Origin: Eubacteriales bacterium
GTDB taxonomy: Bacteria; Bacillota; Clostridia; Oscillospirales; CAG-272
Reading direction: 5' to 3'
Length of the DNA: 64,000 bases
Assembly: GCA_051867895.1 (NCBI GenBank)
Contig: JBJDZH010000011.1
Coordinates: 7,926 to 71,925, forward strand
Shown here one piece after another: positions 55,086 through 64,000 of this stretch; position 1 is the stretch's first letter, and each line of letters opens with the position of its first letter. The notes under the pieces were generated by a model that had not been told where the DNA came from, did not search any database, and was given only the letters and a program-made list of their open reading frames with translations. The translations under genes and the position numbers were made by a program.

Positions 55086-55922
55086 TCACGGATCGTCCGT
55101 GCCGCTGCTCTGCTGCCGCAGTGCGGCAATATGCCGCTGCGGCGAGGCGCCCATCACGCGCGTGAACACCTTGGAGAAGTAGAGCGGATCGGAGAAGCCG
55201 ATCAGACCGGCGATCTCCTTGGAGGAAGAGAGCCCGTTCTGCATCAGTTCGCACGCGCGCTGGATGCGCAGCGACTGTACATATTCGCGGAATCCGATGC
55301 CGAACGCATGGGAGAAGCAGTCCGAGAGATATTTCGGATTATAGGACATATGTGCGGCGAGGGAGGCAAGCGTCAGGTGCGCGTCCGCATAGTGTGCGTC
55401 GGCATATTCCTTCAGCTGTTCCGCTGCGCCTGTGCGGGGACGGTCAGGCGTGTCTGCGTCGGCACGCGTATCCGGCGTCAGACGCGCGAGCGTGTACAGA
55501 AGCACTGCCTCCGCCACCAGATCGATGTTTCCCGGTACACAGTCCGTTAGTGAGCTTTTCCAGAAGGGGATCAGATCGCCGAGCCCGTCCCGCACGGCGG
55601 ACTGCTCCGTCAGCCCGACGCGCTCCACGACGGACAAGATCCGCTGTCCGATAAAGGTGATGTACAGATACTGCAATTCCCGCCGCTGCTCAATATAGAA
55701 CTGCTGCATCGGAAAGGTCAGAAACAGCGTCCCCTCCCGGAGAGGGAAATGTCCTGCATCCGTGTGCAGCGTGCCCTCGCCGTGCGCCGTCAGGCACAGC
55801 GCGCCGTACGACTGGATCCGGTGCTTCTCCATGACCGCCGGATCCGTTTCGTATACATAATTCAGAACGCGCACCTCCGCGCCCTTTTGAACCGGTACGA
55901 ATTTGCATATGTTCTGATCCAT
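55086..55922 (-). CDS. AraC-family transcriptional regulator
   Basis: N-terminal cupin; C-terminal YLSDCF...G..F..Y...LRI..A and GFSDPLYFSKVF...G.SP. Confidence 0.92.
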   Translation of the reverse strand: MDQNICKFVPVQKGAEVRVLNYVYETDPAVMEKHRIQSYGALCLTAHGEGTLHTDAGHFPLREGTLFLTFPMQQFYIEQRRELQYLYITFIGQRILSVVERVGLTEQSAVRDGLGDLIPFWKSSLTDCVPGNIDLVAEAVLLYTLARLTPDTRADADTPDRPRTGAAEQLKEYADAHYADAHLTLASLAAHMSYNPKYLSDCFSHAFGIGFREYVQSLRIQRACELMQNGLSSSKEIAGLIGFSDPLYFSKVFTRVMGASPQRHIAALRQQSSGTDDP

Positions 55923-55996
55923 ACGTCTCTCCTTACTTTGGCGATGTTTTGTCTTTTCAGATTATAGCATGCTTTTCTGTCCGCCGTCAAGAAAAC

Positions 55997-56060
55997 ATGG
56001 CATAACTCCATGAATGTATGCTGAAATTCCATATACGCGCGCGTGTTTTTCGTATATAAT
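55997..56060 (+). promoter_or_regulatory. Putative AraC-type tandem sites and -10 element of the Gfo/Idh/MocA gene
   Basis: ATGgcatAAcTCCAT (55997-56011) and ATGctgaAAtTCCAT (56018-56032) repeat at a 21-bp period. TATAAT at 56055-56060 has no consensus -35. Confidence 0.5.
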
Positions 56061-56110
56061 GAGCGCATGAGGCAATTTGCTCAAATTCAGGATACAAGGA
56101 GAGCTTAACC

Positions 56111-57361
56111 ATGGCAAAATTGAAAATCGGCGTTTTCGGGGCGCAGCGCGGCAAGACCATGATCGGACAGCTGCTCAACCGTCCGGACGCGGAGCTGGTC
56201 GCCATCTGCGACAAATACCGTCCCGCTCTCGAGCAGGCAGGCAAAATGGCGGAGGACAAGGGACTGACGGTCGTTCTGTATGAAAATTTCGAGGAGTTCT
56301 TCCAGCACGACATGGATGCGGTCGTTCTCGCCAACTACGCAAACGAGCACGCGCCGTATGCGATCCGGCTTTTGCGCAGCGGTCGCCACGTCATGAGCGA
56401 GGTGCTCACCTGCGCGACCATGAAAGAGGCGGTCGAGCTGATTGAAGCGGTGGAGGAAAGCGGCAAAATCTACGACTACGCGGAGAATTACTGCTACTTC
56501 AATACGACGTTTGAGATGATGATGCGCTATCAGAAAGGCGATATCGGCGAGCTGATGCAGGCGGAGGGTGAATATATTCACGACTGCTCTTCCATCTGGC
56601 CGCAGATCACCTACGGCGAGCGGCATCACTGGCGCAACACCATGTCCTCGGTGTACTACTGCACGCATTCCCTCGGACCGATTCTCTATGCAAGCCGGCT
56701 GCGCCCGGTGCGCGTCAGCGGATTTGAGACGCGCAACATGGAATTCATGCGCAAACTGGGACAGACCTCCGGCTCAGCGGGCACGCTGATCGTAACGCTG
56801 GAAAACGGAGCGATCGTCAAGAGCATCGATATGAATCTCCGCCGTCAGCCGCATTCTGTCAATTACCAGATGTACGGCGACCGCGGCATGATGGAGACGG
56901 ATCGCTGGAACGGAAAGGTCCTCCACATCTGGCAGGAGGGAGACGCGAACTGTACCGGAGAACGCACCGACTACGAGCCGCAGTTCACGGACACGCGCGC
57001 GGCGGGCGCCGGACACGGCGGCGGCGACTACTTCACGACGAACTACTTCCTCGACTGGATCCTCGGCGACGAGAATGCGAAAAAATACGCCATTGACGTC
57101 TATCAGGCGGTCGATATGTGCATCCCGGGCATTCTCGGCTTCCGTTCCATAGTCAACGGAAACGCGCCCATCGAGGTGCCGGATCTGCGCGACCGCGCCG
57201 CGCGCGACGCCTATCGCAGCGATACCTTCTGCACTTTCCCGGAGATCGCAGGCGATATGTACGTGCCGAACAACGCCGCGCAGCCGACACGTAACGAACC
57301 CATTCCGGACTCCGTCTACGAGGAAGTACGCCGCAAATGGCTGGCGGGCGAGCGGGGCTGA
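56111..57361 (+). CDS. Gfo/Idh/MocA NAD-dependent oxidoreductase, GH109-like
   Basis: Rossmann fold IGVFGAQRG, HVMSEV, ENYCY, EGEYIHD, YCTHSLGP and AGHGGGD. Confidence 0.8.
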   Translation: MAKLKIGVFGAQRGKTMIGQLLNRPDAELVAICDKYRPALEQAGKMAEDKGLTVVLYENFEEFFQHDMDAVVLANYANEHAPYAIRLLRSGRHVMSEVLTCATMKEAVELIEAVEESGKIYDYAENYCYFNTTFEMMMRYQKGDIGELMQAEGEYIHDCSSIWPQITYGERHHWRNTMSSVYYCTHSLGPILYASRLRPVRVSGFETRNMEFMRKLGQTSGSAGTLIVTLENGAIVKSIDMNLRRQPHSVNYQMYGDRGMMETDRWNGKVLHIWQEGDANCTGERTDYEPQFTDTRAAGAGHGGGDYFTTNYFLDWILGDENAKKYAIDVYQAVDMCIPGILGFRSIVNGNAPIEVPDLRDRAARDAYRSDTFCTFPEIAGDMYVPNNAAQPTRNEPIPDSVYEEVRRKWLAGERG

Positions 57362-57538
57362 GGGGGGCGCTGGCCTGAGGACTTCCCTCTGCGTACCCAA
57401 TGCTCGGTACCGAGCCACCATCTGACAGTCCATACAAAAGTCAAAACGACTTATCAGCGGGGACCCCGCCGCGCCGCTTCGGTCAGCTGTAAACAACATC
57501 TATCGGCATCCAACATATGAGATAAGAGGAGAAATAAC

Positions 57539-59032
57539 ATGACAGCCAAACGAACCTGTTCCCGCTTTCTTACAGTGCTCATGGCTATTCTTTGTTTGAG
57601 CGCATGCGCGCAGAAAGCTCCTGCCCTCTCCGATGCAAGCGACAAGGAGGAATCCGATGTCCTGACGACTCCAGAGGAGACAACAAGCGATGAACTGAAA
57701 CTGGCAAAAACGGATTTCGACGGTGCCAAGCTACGTATTCTCGGCATGGGGCCGAATTACGGCGTCGGATACTACGAAACCACAGATATCTGGGTGGCGG
57801 AGCAGACGGGCGAATCCTTCAACGACGCGATATACGACCGGAATCTTGCCTGCGAGGAGAACTATGATTTCACGGTAGAATTCACGCAGGATGCGAATGT
57901 GATGGGCACGATCGGCAGTGCGGTCGCTTCGGGACTGGATATCTGCGATCTGTTTTTTGAAAACTGGAAGAACGCCTATGGCATGTCCAAGCAGGCGTAT
58001 ATGCTCGACCTTTTTGAGATCGACACGATGGATCTTTCCAATCCTTGGTGGGATCAGAACGCGACACGCGATCTCGCTATGGGCAACCGTCTCTTCTACA
58101 CGACAGGCGAGCTGACGACGCTCGACGACAAATGCACCCGCTTTGTATATTTCAACAAAAAGCTGGTGGAGGATTACAATCTCGCCAATCCGTATCAGCT
58201 TGTGGCGGATAACAACTGGACGCTCGATACGTGGACGGAGATGGCGCGCGGCGTCAGAGCAGATCTGGACGGAGACGGCGTCATCGGACCGCACGACCGC
58301 TACGGATTCTTCACGGAAACCGGGCAGATTCAGATGTTCCTGCTCGGCTTTGACATGAAGTATGTGGAATACGACAAGGACGGCGTACCGCAGTACAGCT
58401 TTCTGCAGAACTCGGAGGATTACACGAAGCTGGAAAAGCTCGTCACGATGCTGAATGACCGTGAGCTGAATTATCACGTCAACGCGATCGGCACCGTAGA
58501 GGGTTACACGAACCGCTGGGCGTCGGGACGCGGCCTCTTTGCACAGGACAAGATGCTGTTCACCATCAGCGGCGCGCTTGTCATCACGGAGTTCCGCGAT
58601 ATGGAGAGCGAGTTCGGCATCCTGCCGATGCCGAAGTACGATTCCACACAGGAGACGTACTGCCACACAATGGATACCTATTCACCGTTATTTGCCGTTC
58701 CCAATACGAAAAAAGATACAAAGGATCTCGGCATGATGCTGGAATATTACTCCTATGAAGGAATGAATATTCTGACGCCGGTTTTCCGGGAGAAGCTGCT
58801 GGAGCGCAAATATACACGTGACGCCGAGAGCGTGGATATGCTTGCGATCGTCTTTGATAACAAGAGCTTTGATATCACGCACGTCGCGAATTTCGGCGGT
58901 GTGACCGCAGTGGCAACCAACGCGATCGAACGCGCAACTATGCCGAGGATTTCCGATTATAAAGAAATTCAGGAAAAAATCCTGAATGCGATTCAGGACG
59001 ATTATGAAAGCATTATCAACTCCGGAAAATAA
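57539..59032 (+). CDS. Orphan extracellular solute-binding lipoprotein (sugar SBP family)
   Basis: Lipobox LSAC; DLSNPWW, YFNKKL, WTLD, DLDGDG and FGILPMPKYD. No adjacent permease. Confidence 0.8.
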   Translation: MTAKRTCSRFLTVLMAILCLSACAQKAPALSDASDKEESDVLTTPEETTSDELKLAKTDFDGAKLRILGMGPNYGVGYYETTDIWVAEQTGESFNDAIYDRNLACEENYDFTVEFTQDANVMGTIGSAVASGLDICDLFFENWKNAYGMSKQAYMLDLFEIDTMDLSNPWWDQNATRDLAMGNRLFYTTGELTTLDDKCTRFVYFNKKLVEDYNLANPYQLVADNNWTLDTWTEMARGVRADLDGDGVIGPHDRYGFFTETGQIQMFLLGFDMKYVEYDKDGVPQYSFLQNSEDYTKLEKLVTMLNDRELNYHVNAIGTVEGYTNRWASGRGLFAQDKMLFTISGALVITEFRDMESEFGILPMPKYDSTQETYCHTMDTYSPLFAVPNTKKDTKDLGMMLEYYSYEGMNILTPVFREKLLERKYTRDAESVDMLAIVFDNKSFDITHVANFGGVTAVATNAIERATMPRISDYKEIQEKILNAIQDDYESIINSGK

Positions 59033-59042
59033 GGTGAGTTAG

Positions 59043-59116
59043 GCGAAAAAGCAAGGGAAACTCTTTTTGGCGTGCGCATAAAACGCATGCCGAAGTGTTT
59101 CCCTCGCTTTTTCGCA
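59043..59116 (+). terminator. Long hairpin after the SBP gene
   Basis: GCGAAAAAGCAAGGGAAAC ... GTTTCCCTCGCTTTTTCGC with an inner GGCGTGCG/CGCATGCC stem. Confidence 0.55.
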
Positions 59117-59167
59117 CCCTTTCTGTCGGAAAGCAGCCGGAAACATGTGAAAAACAAAGATATTCCA

Positions 59168-59195
59168 TTGACTTGCGCGCGGATTTTCGTATAAT
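59168..59195 (+). promoter_or_regulatory. Sigma-A promoter of the gpsA-like operon
   Basis: TTGACT-16-TATAAT. Confidence 0.65.
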
Positions 59196-59228
59196 AGCGT
59201 TATAGACTTTATTTGGGAGGCTGCGGCT

Positions 59229-60284
59229 GTGGCAGTGGTAACGATCATCGGCGCGGGCATGATGGGTTCCGCGCTTGCCTTCCCCGCACGGGAAAACGGA
59301 CACGAGGTACGCCTCGTCGGCACGCATCTCGACCGGGAAATCATCGAAACGTCCCGCCGGACGGGACGTCATCCGAAATTTACGCGCGATTTTCCCGCCG
59401 GCGTTCAGTATTTTCAGATCGAGGAGGCGGAGCGCGCCCTGTCCGGCGCGGATCTCGTCACCGGCGGCGTCAGCAGCTTCGGCGTGGAGTGGTTCGCCGA
59501 GCAGATTCTGCCCCGGATCCCCGCAAATACGCCGGTATTGACCGTTACCAAAGGGCTTATGGATATGCCGGACGGACGGCTTGTCACGTACCCCGCCTAC
59601 TGGAGGGAAAAGCTGCGCGCCATGGGAAGATCGCTTTCTCTGAACGCCGTCGGCGGTCCCTGCACCAGCTACGAGCTGGTTGCGCACGATCAGACGGAGG
59701 TCGCTTTCTGCGGCAACGATCCCACCGTGCTCAGACAGCTTCGTACCCTCCTCGAAACGGATTATTACCACATCAGCCTTTCCACCGACGTGACCGGGAT
59801 CGAGAGCGCCGTCGCTTTGAAGAACGGCTATGCGCTCGGTATTGCGCTGACCATCGGTCTGAATCAGAAGAAATTCGGCGCAGACAGCGAGCCGCACTAC
59901 AATTCGCAGGCGGCGGTGTTCGGACAGAGCGTGCGGGAAATGGCGCGGCTGCTGGCATTTCAGGGCGCCGAGTCGCTTGAGAATCTGGCGGTAGGCGCGG
60001 GCGATCTGTACGTCACCGTCTATGGCGGACGGACGCGTCTGATCGGCATCCTGCTCGGACGGGGGCTTTCCATCGACGAAGCAAAGGCGGAGCTCAACGG
60101 CGTGACGCTGGAATCGCTCGTCGTGGCACAGCGCGTGGCGCGCGCCGTAAAAATCAGCGCAGCTGCGGGAAGGCTGTCGCTGCGCGACTTTCCTTTGCTG
60201 CTCCATATCGACGAAATATTGACAGAGAAAAAAGCGGTGGGCATTCCGTGGGACGCGTTCCGCTTTGAGAATATGGGGGAGTGA
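59229..60284 (+). CDS. NAD(P)-dependent glycerol-3-phosphate dehydrogenase family protein (divergent GpsA-like)
   Basis: IIGAGMMGSA, TKGL, GGP, D..G.E...ALKN.YA, GDLYVT..GGR and E.L. Confidence 0.8.
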   Translation: MAVVTIIGAGMMGSALAFPARENGHEVRLVGTHLDREIIETSRRTGRHPKFTRDFPAGVQYFQIEEAERALSGADLVTGGVSSFGVEWFAEQILPRIPANTPVLTVTKGLMDMPDGRLVTYPAYWREKLRAMGRSLSLNAVGGPCTSYELVAHDQTEVAFCGNDPTVLRQLRTLLETDYYHISLSTDVTGIESAVALKNGYALGIALTIGLNQKKFGADSEPHYNSQAAVFGQSVREMARLLAFQGAESLENLAVGAGDLYVTVYGGRTRLIGILLGRGLSIDEAKAELNGVTLESLVVAQRVARAVKISAAAGRLSLRDFPLLLHIDEILTEKKAVGIPWDAFRFENMGE

Positions 60285-60286
60285 GC

Positions 60287-61081
60287 ATGAATTACTGGAC
60301 GCAAAGCGCACAGAATATCTACGTTGCCGCGCACAGAGGCTGGTCGGAGAAATATCCGGAGAATACAATGGAAGCGTTTCGCGCGGCAATCGCGCTGGGC
60401 GTCGATCAGGTGGAGACAGATATCCGCGTCACCGCGGACGGGGAGCTGGTGCTGATCCACGACGCCGCGGTGGACCGCACGACAAACGGCACAGGCAATG
60501 TGTGCGATTATTCGCTTGCGGAGCTGCGGAGGCTGGACGCGGGCGCGTGGAAAGGTGAGGAGTTCGCCGGCTGCCGCATTCCGACGCTGACGGAATTCAT
60601 GGACCTGGTGCGGGATCACCCGACGCTGACGGTTGATTTGGAGCTGAAGGAATACCCGACGCCGGGACGCGAGGCGGCTGCCTATGATGTGTGCGACCGC
60701 GTACTGGCGACGGTCGAGCGGTACGGCTTTGCGGACCGCTGCGTCATCAATACCTTCAGCGGCAGGCTGCACGAATATATCCGGGAAAAATACGGGGACT
60801 GCTATCGCCGGCATGTGTACTTCCCGCAGTCACGCATGAGCGACTGCACAAAGGATCCGTATGCGCATGCGTACTGCTGCTGCATGTTCGGCAAGCCCGT
60901 CATGGCATCGGCGGAGGATTTCACCGCCATGAAGGCGCGCGGGGTGCAGCCGTGGGCGGGCGCAGGCGTGCGCGACGCCTCTGGGGTCGATGAGGCGATT
61001 GCATGCGGCGCGGAGCTGATTACGTGCAACAATCCGGACGTGATCCTGGCGCTCCTGCGCGCACGCGGGCGTCATGCGTGA
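60287..61081 (+). CDS. Glycerophosphodiester phosphodiesterase
   Basis: AHRG....PENT..AF, ETD, DGELVLIHD..VDRTT, IPTL.E and ELK. An alternative GTG start lies at 60281. Confidence 0.9.
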   Translation: MNYWTQSAQNIYVAAHRGWSEKYPENTMEAFRAAIALGVDQVETDIRVTADGELVLIHDAAVDRTTNGTGNVCDYSLAELRRLDAGAWKGEEFAGCRIPTLTEFMDLVRDHPTLTVDLELKEYPTPGREAAAYDVCDRVLATVERYGFADRCVINTFSGRLHEYIREKYGDCYRRHVYFPQSRMSDCTKDPYAHAYCCCMFGKPVMASAEDFTAMKARGVQPWAGAGVRDASGVDEAIACGAELITCNNPDVILALLRARGRHA

Positions 61082-61172
61082 TATCCGCTGTACAGTGCCG
61101 TCCCGGGCGCAAAAAAAGCTCCGGCACATCCGCAGCATTTCTTTGCGTCCATGTTCCGGATGCTCTTTGCAG

Positions 61173-61219
61173 AGGGCACGGGGGAGCTTCCTTTCACGAA
61201 AGCTCCCCCGTGCCTTTTT
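61173..61219. terminator. Terminator between convergent genes
   Basis: GGCACGGGGGAGCTT ... AAGCTCCCCCGTGCC-TTTTT. Confidence 0.8.
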
Positions 61220-61237
61220 GTTTTCCGTAAAGTTATG

Positions 61238-62011
61238 TTATAGAACAGGACGAATCAGCGAAGGCGTCTCCTCCGGTGTGATGCCGAGGCGGCGGCAGAA
61301 GGCGCGCGCTTCCGCCTCCAGCGGCTGATTGAGGATGACCTCCGGCTGATGCGCGTCCATGCCGAGCACAAATCGGTTTCCGACCTCCGCCGCGATGGAA
61401 AAGAATTTCCCGCACGGATAATGCCGGTGATCCATGATGCCGAGGAAATTGATCTCCAGCGGAATATCCAGTTCCTTGACCGCGCGGCAGAACGGCTCGA
61501 TGTGGCGCCGGTAAACCGCGTCATCTCCGGTAAACCGGACGAGATCAGGGTGCGCGAGGTACGAAAAGCAGCCGGTGCGCAGCCCTTCCAGCACCTGCGA
61601 TGTGTACTGTGCCAGAATACGCTCATCCTCTGTCGGCGCGCCGCTGTACGGCGCGCCGATCTCGTTTCCCAGAAAATGCTGTCCCAGGATCAAGTACTCG
61701 ACGCCGCACTGACGGACAAACGACAGAAGAGCGGGAAAATACGCCGGATAGTATTCCGTTTCCAGCCCGATGCGGATCGTGATGTCGTCCTTATATTCCC
61801 GGCGCAGCGCGTCCAGCGTGGAAACGTAGTCCTCCAGCTCCTCGGGACGCATGCGGAAATTGGAATAGTAATCGCCGGGGAAAAACTGCGGCGAGTGGTC
61901 GGAGAAGCCAAGCTCCTTCATTCCGGCGCGGATGGCGTTCTCAATATAATCCCGTTCCTTGCCTGTGGCATGATGGCAGCGGAACGTGTGCGTATGATAG
62001 TTGTACTTCAT
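61238..62011 (-). CDS. PHP-family histidinol-phosphatase-like hydrolase
   Basis: NYHTHT.RC.HA, GFSDH.P, GLE.EY, GQH, AHPD, EIN and DAH. Confidence 0.85.
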   Translation of the reverse strand: MKYNYHTHTFRCHHATGKERDYIENAIRAGMKELGFSDHSPQFFPGDYYSNFRMRPEELEDYVSTLDALRREYKDDITIRIGLETEYYPAYFPALLSFVRQCGVEYLILGQHFLGNEIGAPYSGAPTEDERILAQYTSQVLEGLRTGCFSYLAHPDLVRFTGDDAVYRRHIEPFCRAVKELDIPLEINFLGIMDHRHYPCGKFFSIAAEVGNRFVLGMDAHQPEVILNQPLEAEARAFCRRLGITPEETPSLIRPVL

Positions 62012-62148
62012 TTTCGGCAAATCCTCCTTAGCATATCATAGCACAAAAACCGCAGAGGCGCAAGCGCGCGCGGGATATTCACGGAATAGCCGTTGATTTT
62101 TTTCCCCGATATGCTACAATAATAACAGTAAACGCATACGGAGGATTT

Positions 62149-62814
62149 ATGGATATCAAGGAGCTTCTCACACACGTCGATCATACCCTGCTCGCGCCGG
62201 ACGCGGGCTGGGAGGCGATCCGCGCCGTCTGCGACGACGGCATCCGCTATCACACGGCGTCCGTCTGTATTCCCGCCGCCTATGTCGCCCGCGCCGCGCA
62301 GTATGCCGCGGGCCGCGTCCCCGTCTGTACAGTCATCGGCTTTCCGACAGGCTACAGCACCGCCGCCGCCAAATGCTTTGAGGCGGAGGACGCCGTGAAG
62401 AACGGCGCGTCGGAAATTGATATGGTCGTCAACATCGGCCGAGTGAAGGACGGAGCGTACGATCTTGTCCTCGACGAGATCCGTGCGGTGAAGGACGCCT
62501 GCGCTGGACGGCTGCTTAAGGTAATCATCGAGACCTGTCTGCTCACCGATGAGGAGAAGATCCGCATGTGCGGGATCGTCTCCGCCTCCGGCGCGGAGTA
62601 TATCAAGACGTCCACCGGCTTCTCCAAAGCAGGAGCGACGCCGCACGACGTCGCGCTCCTTGCCGCCCATGTCGCACCGCACCTGAAAATCAAGGCGGCG
62701 GGCGGCATCCGCACCATCGCCGACGCGGAGAATTACCTCGCGCTGGGCGCGTCCCGCCTCGGCACCAGCGCTGTCGTGAAACTCGTGAAGAGCGAGCAGC
62801 CCGGCGGCTATTGA
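62149..62814 (+). CDS. deoC: Deoxyribose-phosphate aldolase
   Basis: DHTLL, CTVIGFP.G, EIDMV, KVIIET, Schiff-base IKTSTGF, IKAAGGIR and RLGTS. Confidence 0.96.
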   Translation: MDIKELLTHVDHTLLAPDAGWEAIRAVCDDGIRYHTASVCIPAAYVARAAQYAAGRVPVCTVIGFPTGYSTAAAKCFEAEDAVKNGASEIDMVVNIGRVKDGAYDLVLDEIRAVKDACAGRLLKVIIETCLLTDEEKIRMCGIVSASGAEYIKTSTGFSKAGATPHDVALLAAHVAPHLKIKAAGGIRTIADAENYLALGASRLGTSAVVKLVKSEQPGGY

Positions 62815-62853
62815 TTGAAAAAAGAAAATATAAACCAAAGGAGAGCTACCGTC

Positions 62854-63570
62854 ATGCCAACCCCGCATAACAGCGCCGTTCCCGGCGATTTTGCCAAAAC
62901 CGTTCTTATGCCCGGCGATCCGCTGCGCGCACAGTTTATCGCCGAGAATTTCCTGAGCGGCGCGCGCCTCGTCAACAACGTGCGCGGCATCCACGGCTAT
63001 ACCGGCACATACGCCGGCGTTCCCGTCTCCGTCATGGCAAGCGGCATGGGAATGCCGTCCATCGGCATCTACAGCTACGAACTGTATACGGAATACGGCG
63101 TGGAGAATATCATGCGCATCGGCTCAGCAGGCTCGCTTTCCGCCGATGTACAAGTGCGCGATATCGTCGTCGGCATGGGCGCATGCACCAATTCCAGTTT
63201 TGCCGCGCAGTACCGGCTGTCCGGCACCTTCGCACCCATCGCCTCCTACCCGATGCTGCGCGCCGCCATCGACGCGGCGGAAGATGTCGGCGCACGGTAT
63301 CACGTCGGCAATCTTCTGTCCTCCGATACGTTTTATTCTGACGACTCCTCTGCAAACGATGGCTGGAGGAAGATGGGCGTGCTCGCCGTCGAGATGGAAG
63401 CGGCGGGACTGTATATGACCGCCGCGCGGCTGCATAAAAATGCGCTCGCTATCTGTACGGTCTCCGACAGCCTTGTCACCGGCGAGGCGCTGCCCGCCAT
63501 AGAGCGGCAGAATTCGTTCACGCAGATGATGGAGATTGCGCTCAGAACGGCGGTGACGCTCCATGGCTGA
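62854..63570 (+). CDS. deoD: Purine nucleoside phosphorylase (hexameric type)
   Basis: MPTPH, LMPGDPLRA, GMGMPSIGIY..EL, RIGSAG, VEMEAA and TVSD. Confidence 0.96.
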   Translation: MPTPHNSAVPGDFAKTVLMPGDPLRAQFIAENFLSGARLVNNVRGIHGYTGTYAGVPVSVMASGMGMPSIGIYSYELYTEYGVENIMRIGSAGSLSADVQVRDIVVGMGACTNSSFAAQYRLSGTFAPIASYPMLRAAIDAAEDVGARYHVGNLLSSDTFYSDDSSANDGWRKMGVLAVEMEAAGLYMTAARLHKNALAICTVSDSLVTGEALPAIERQNSFTQMMEIALRTAVTLHG

Positions 63571-64000
63571 GAGGACGCGCCGCGTATTCCTGATCGTGCT
63601 CGATTCCGTCGGCATCGGCGCCGAGCCGGACGCCGCCGACTTCGGAGATTCGGCGGAAAACAACACGCTGCGCCGTATTGCCGGCGACAAAGCGTTCTGC
63701 TGCGATACGGTGCGCCGTCTCGGTATGGGATACATGGACGGCGTCTCGTGGATGGGAACGGAGGGCGCGCCCCGCGCCGCCGTCGCCCGGATGCGGGAGC
63801 GTTCCCGCGGCAAGGATACGACGATCGGGCACTGGGAGATCGCGGGCATCGTCTCGGATACGCCGCTTCCGACGTATTCCGACGGCTTCCCGGACGATGT
63901 GCTGAACGCATTCCGCGCGGCGACGGGGCGCGGCGTGCTGTGCAACCAGCCGTATTCCGGGACGGAGGTCATCCGGGACTACGGACGCGAGCATCTTGCC
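63563..64000 (+). CDS. deoB: Phosphopentomutase, 3'-truncated by the window edge (missing from the ORF track)
   Basis: Manual translation gives MAERTRRVFLIVLDSVGIGAEPDAADFGD...NTL...ERSRGKDTTIGHWEIAG...CNQPYSGTEVIRDYG. Confidence 0.95.
   Translation, partial: MAERTRRVFLIVLDSVGIGAEPDAADFGDSAENNTLRRIAGDKAFCCDTVRRLGMGYMDGVSWMGTEGAPRAAVARMRERSRGKDTTIGHWEIAGIVSDTPLPTYSDGFPDDVLNAFRAATGRGVLCNQPYSGTEVIRDYGREHLA

Noticed and set aside
57370-57455. Hammerhead core (CTGAGGA) or RNase P-like GAGGGAAGTCC on the minus strand
   Set aside because: There is no stem II followed by GAAA in the right register, and the region is far too short for RNase P RNA and lacks its other blocks.
1-64000. CRISPR arrays, IS/integrase/phage genes, reverse transcriptase, tRNA or rRNA
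   Set aside because: I saw no regularly spaced repeats, no recombinase, transposase or RT motifs, and no tRNA/rRNA signatures. This was by eye, so short elements could have been missed.

Overview
A GC-rich chromosomal segment from a spore-forming Clostridia-type (Bacillota) organism. The assignment is inferred from an SLH S-layer gene, a SPOCS/LysM coat protein, a PyrR attenuator and strong sigma-A promoters. I found about 45 CDS, a cobalamin riboswitch, a PyrR attenuator and many promoters and terminators. I saw no rRNA, tRNA, CRISPR array or mobile element. The strongest candidate for an under-described system is a 12.3 kb, seven-gene operon at 28245-40589. It encodes a giant multidomain solute-binding protein, four distinct carbohydrate-ABC permeases, an NHL-propeller/TPR/YIP1 membrane fusion and a 1030-aa secreted DUF5696-like protein. 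It has S-layer-like codon bias and no ATPase, regulator or recognisable hydrolase, which suggests a constitutive Gram-positive glycan capture and import hub that may be fed by orphan binding proteins such as 57539-59032. Other leads are a thioester-less alpha-2-macroglobulin lipoprotein behind an ECF-sigma promoter, an ECF sigma with an apparent in-frame deletion, a B12-riboswitch-controlled DUF4430 plus solitary S-component pair, a putative leader-peptide attenuator ahead of a BmrCD-like exporter, and a GH109-like NAD-dependent glycosidase. All family calls come from motif recognition by eye; no database searches were run.
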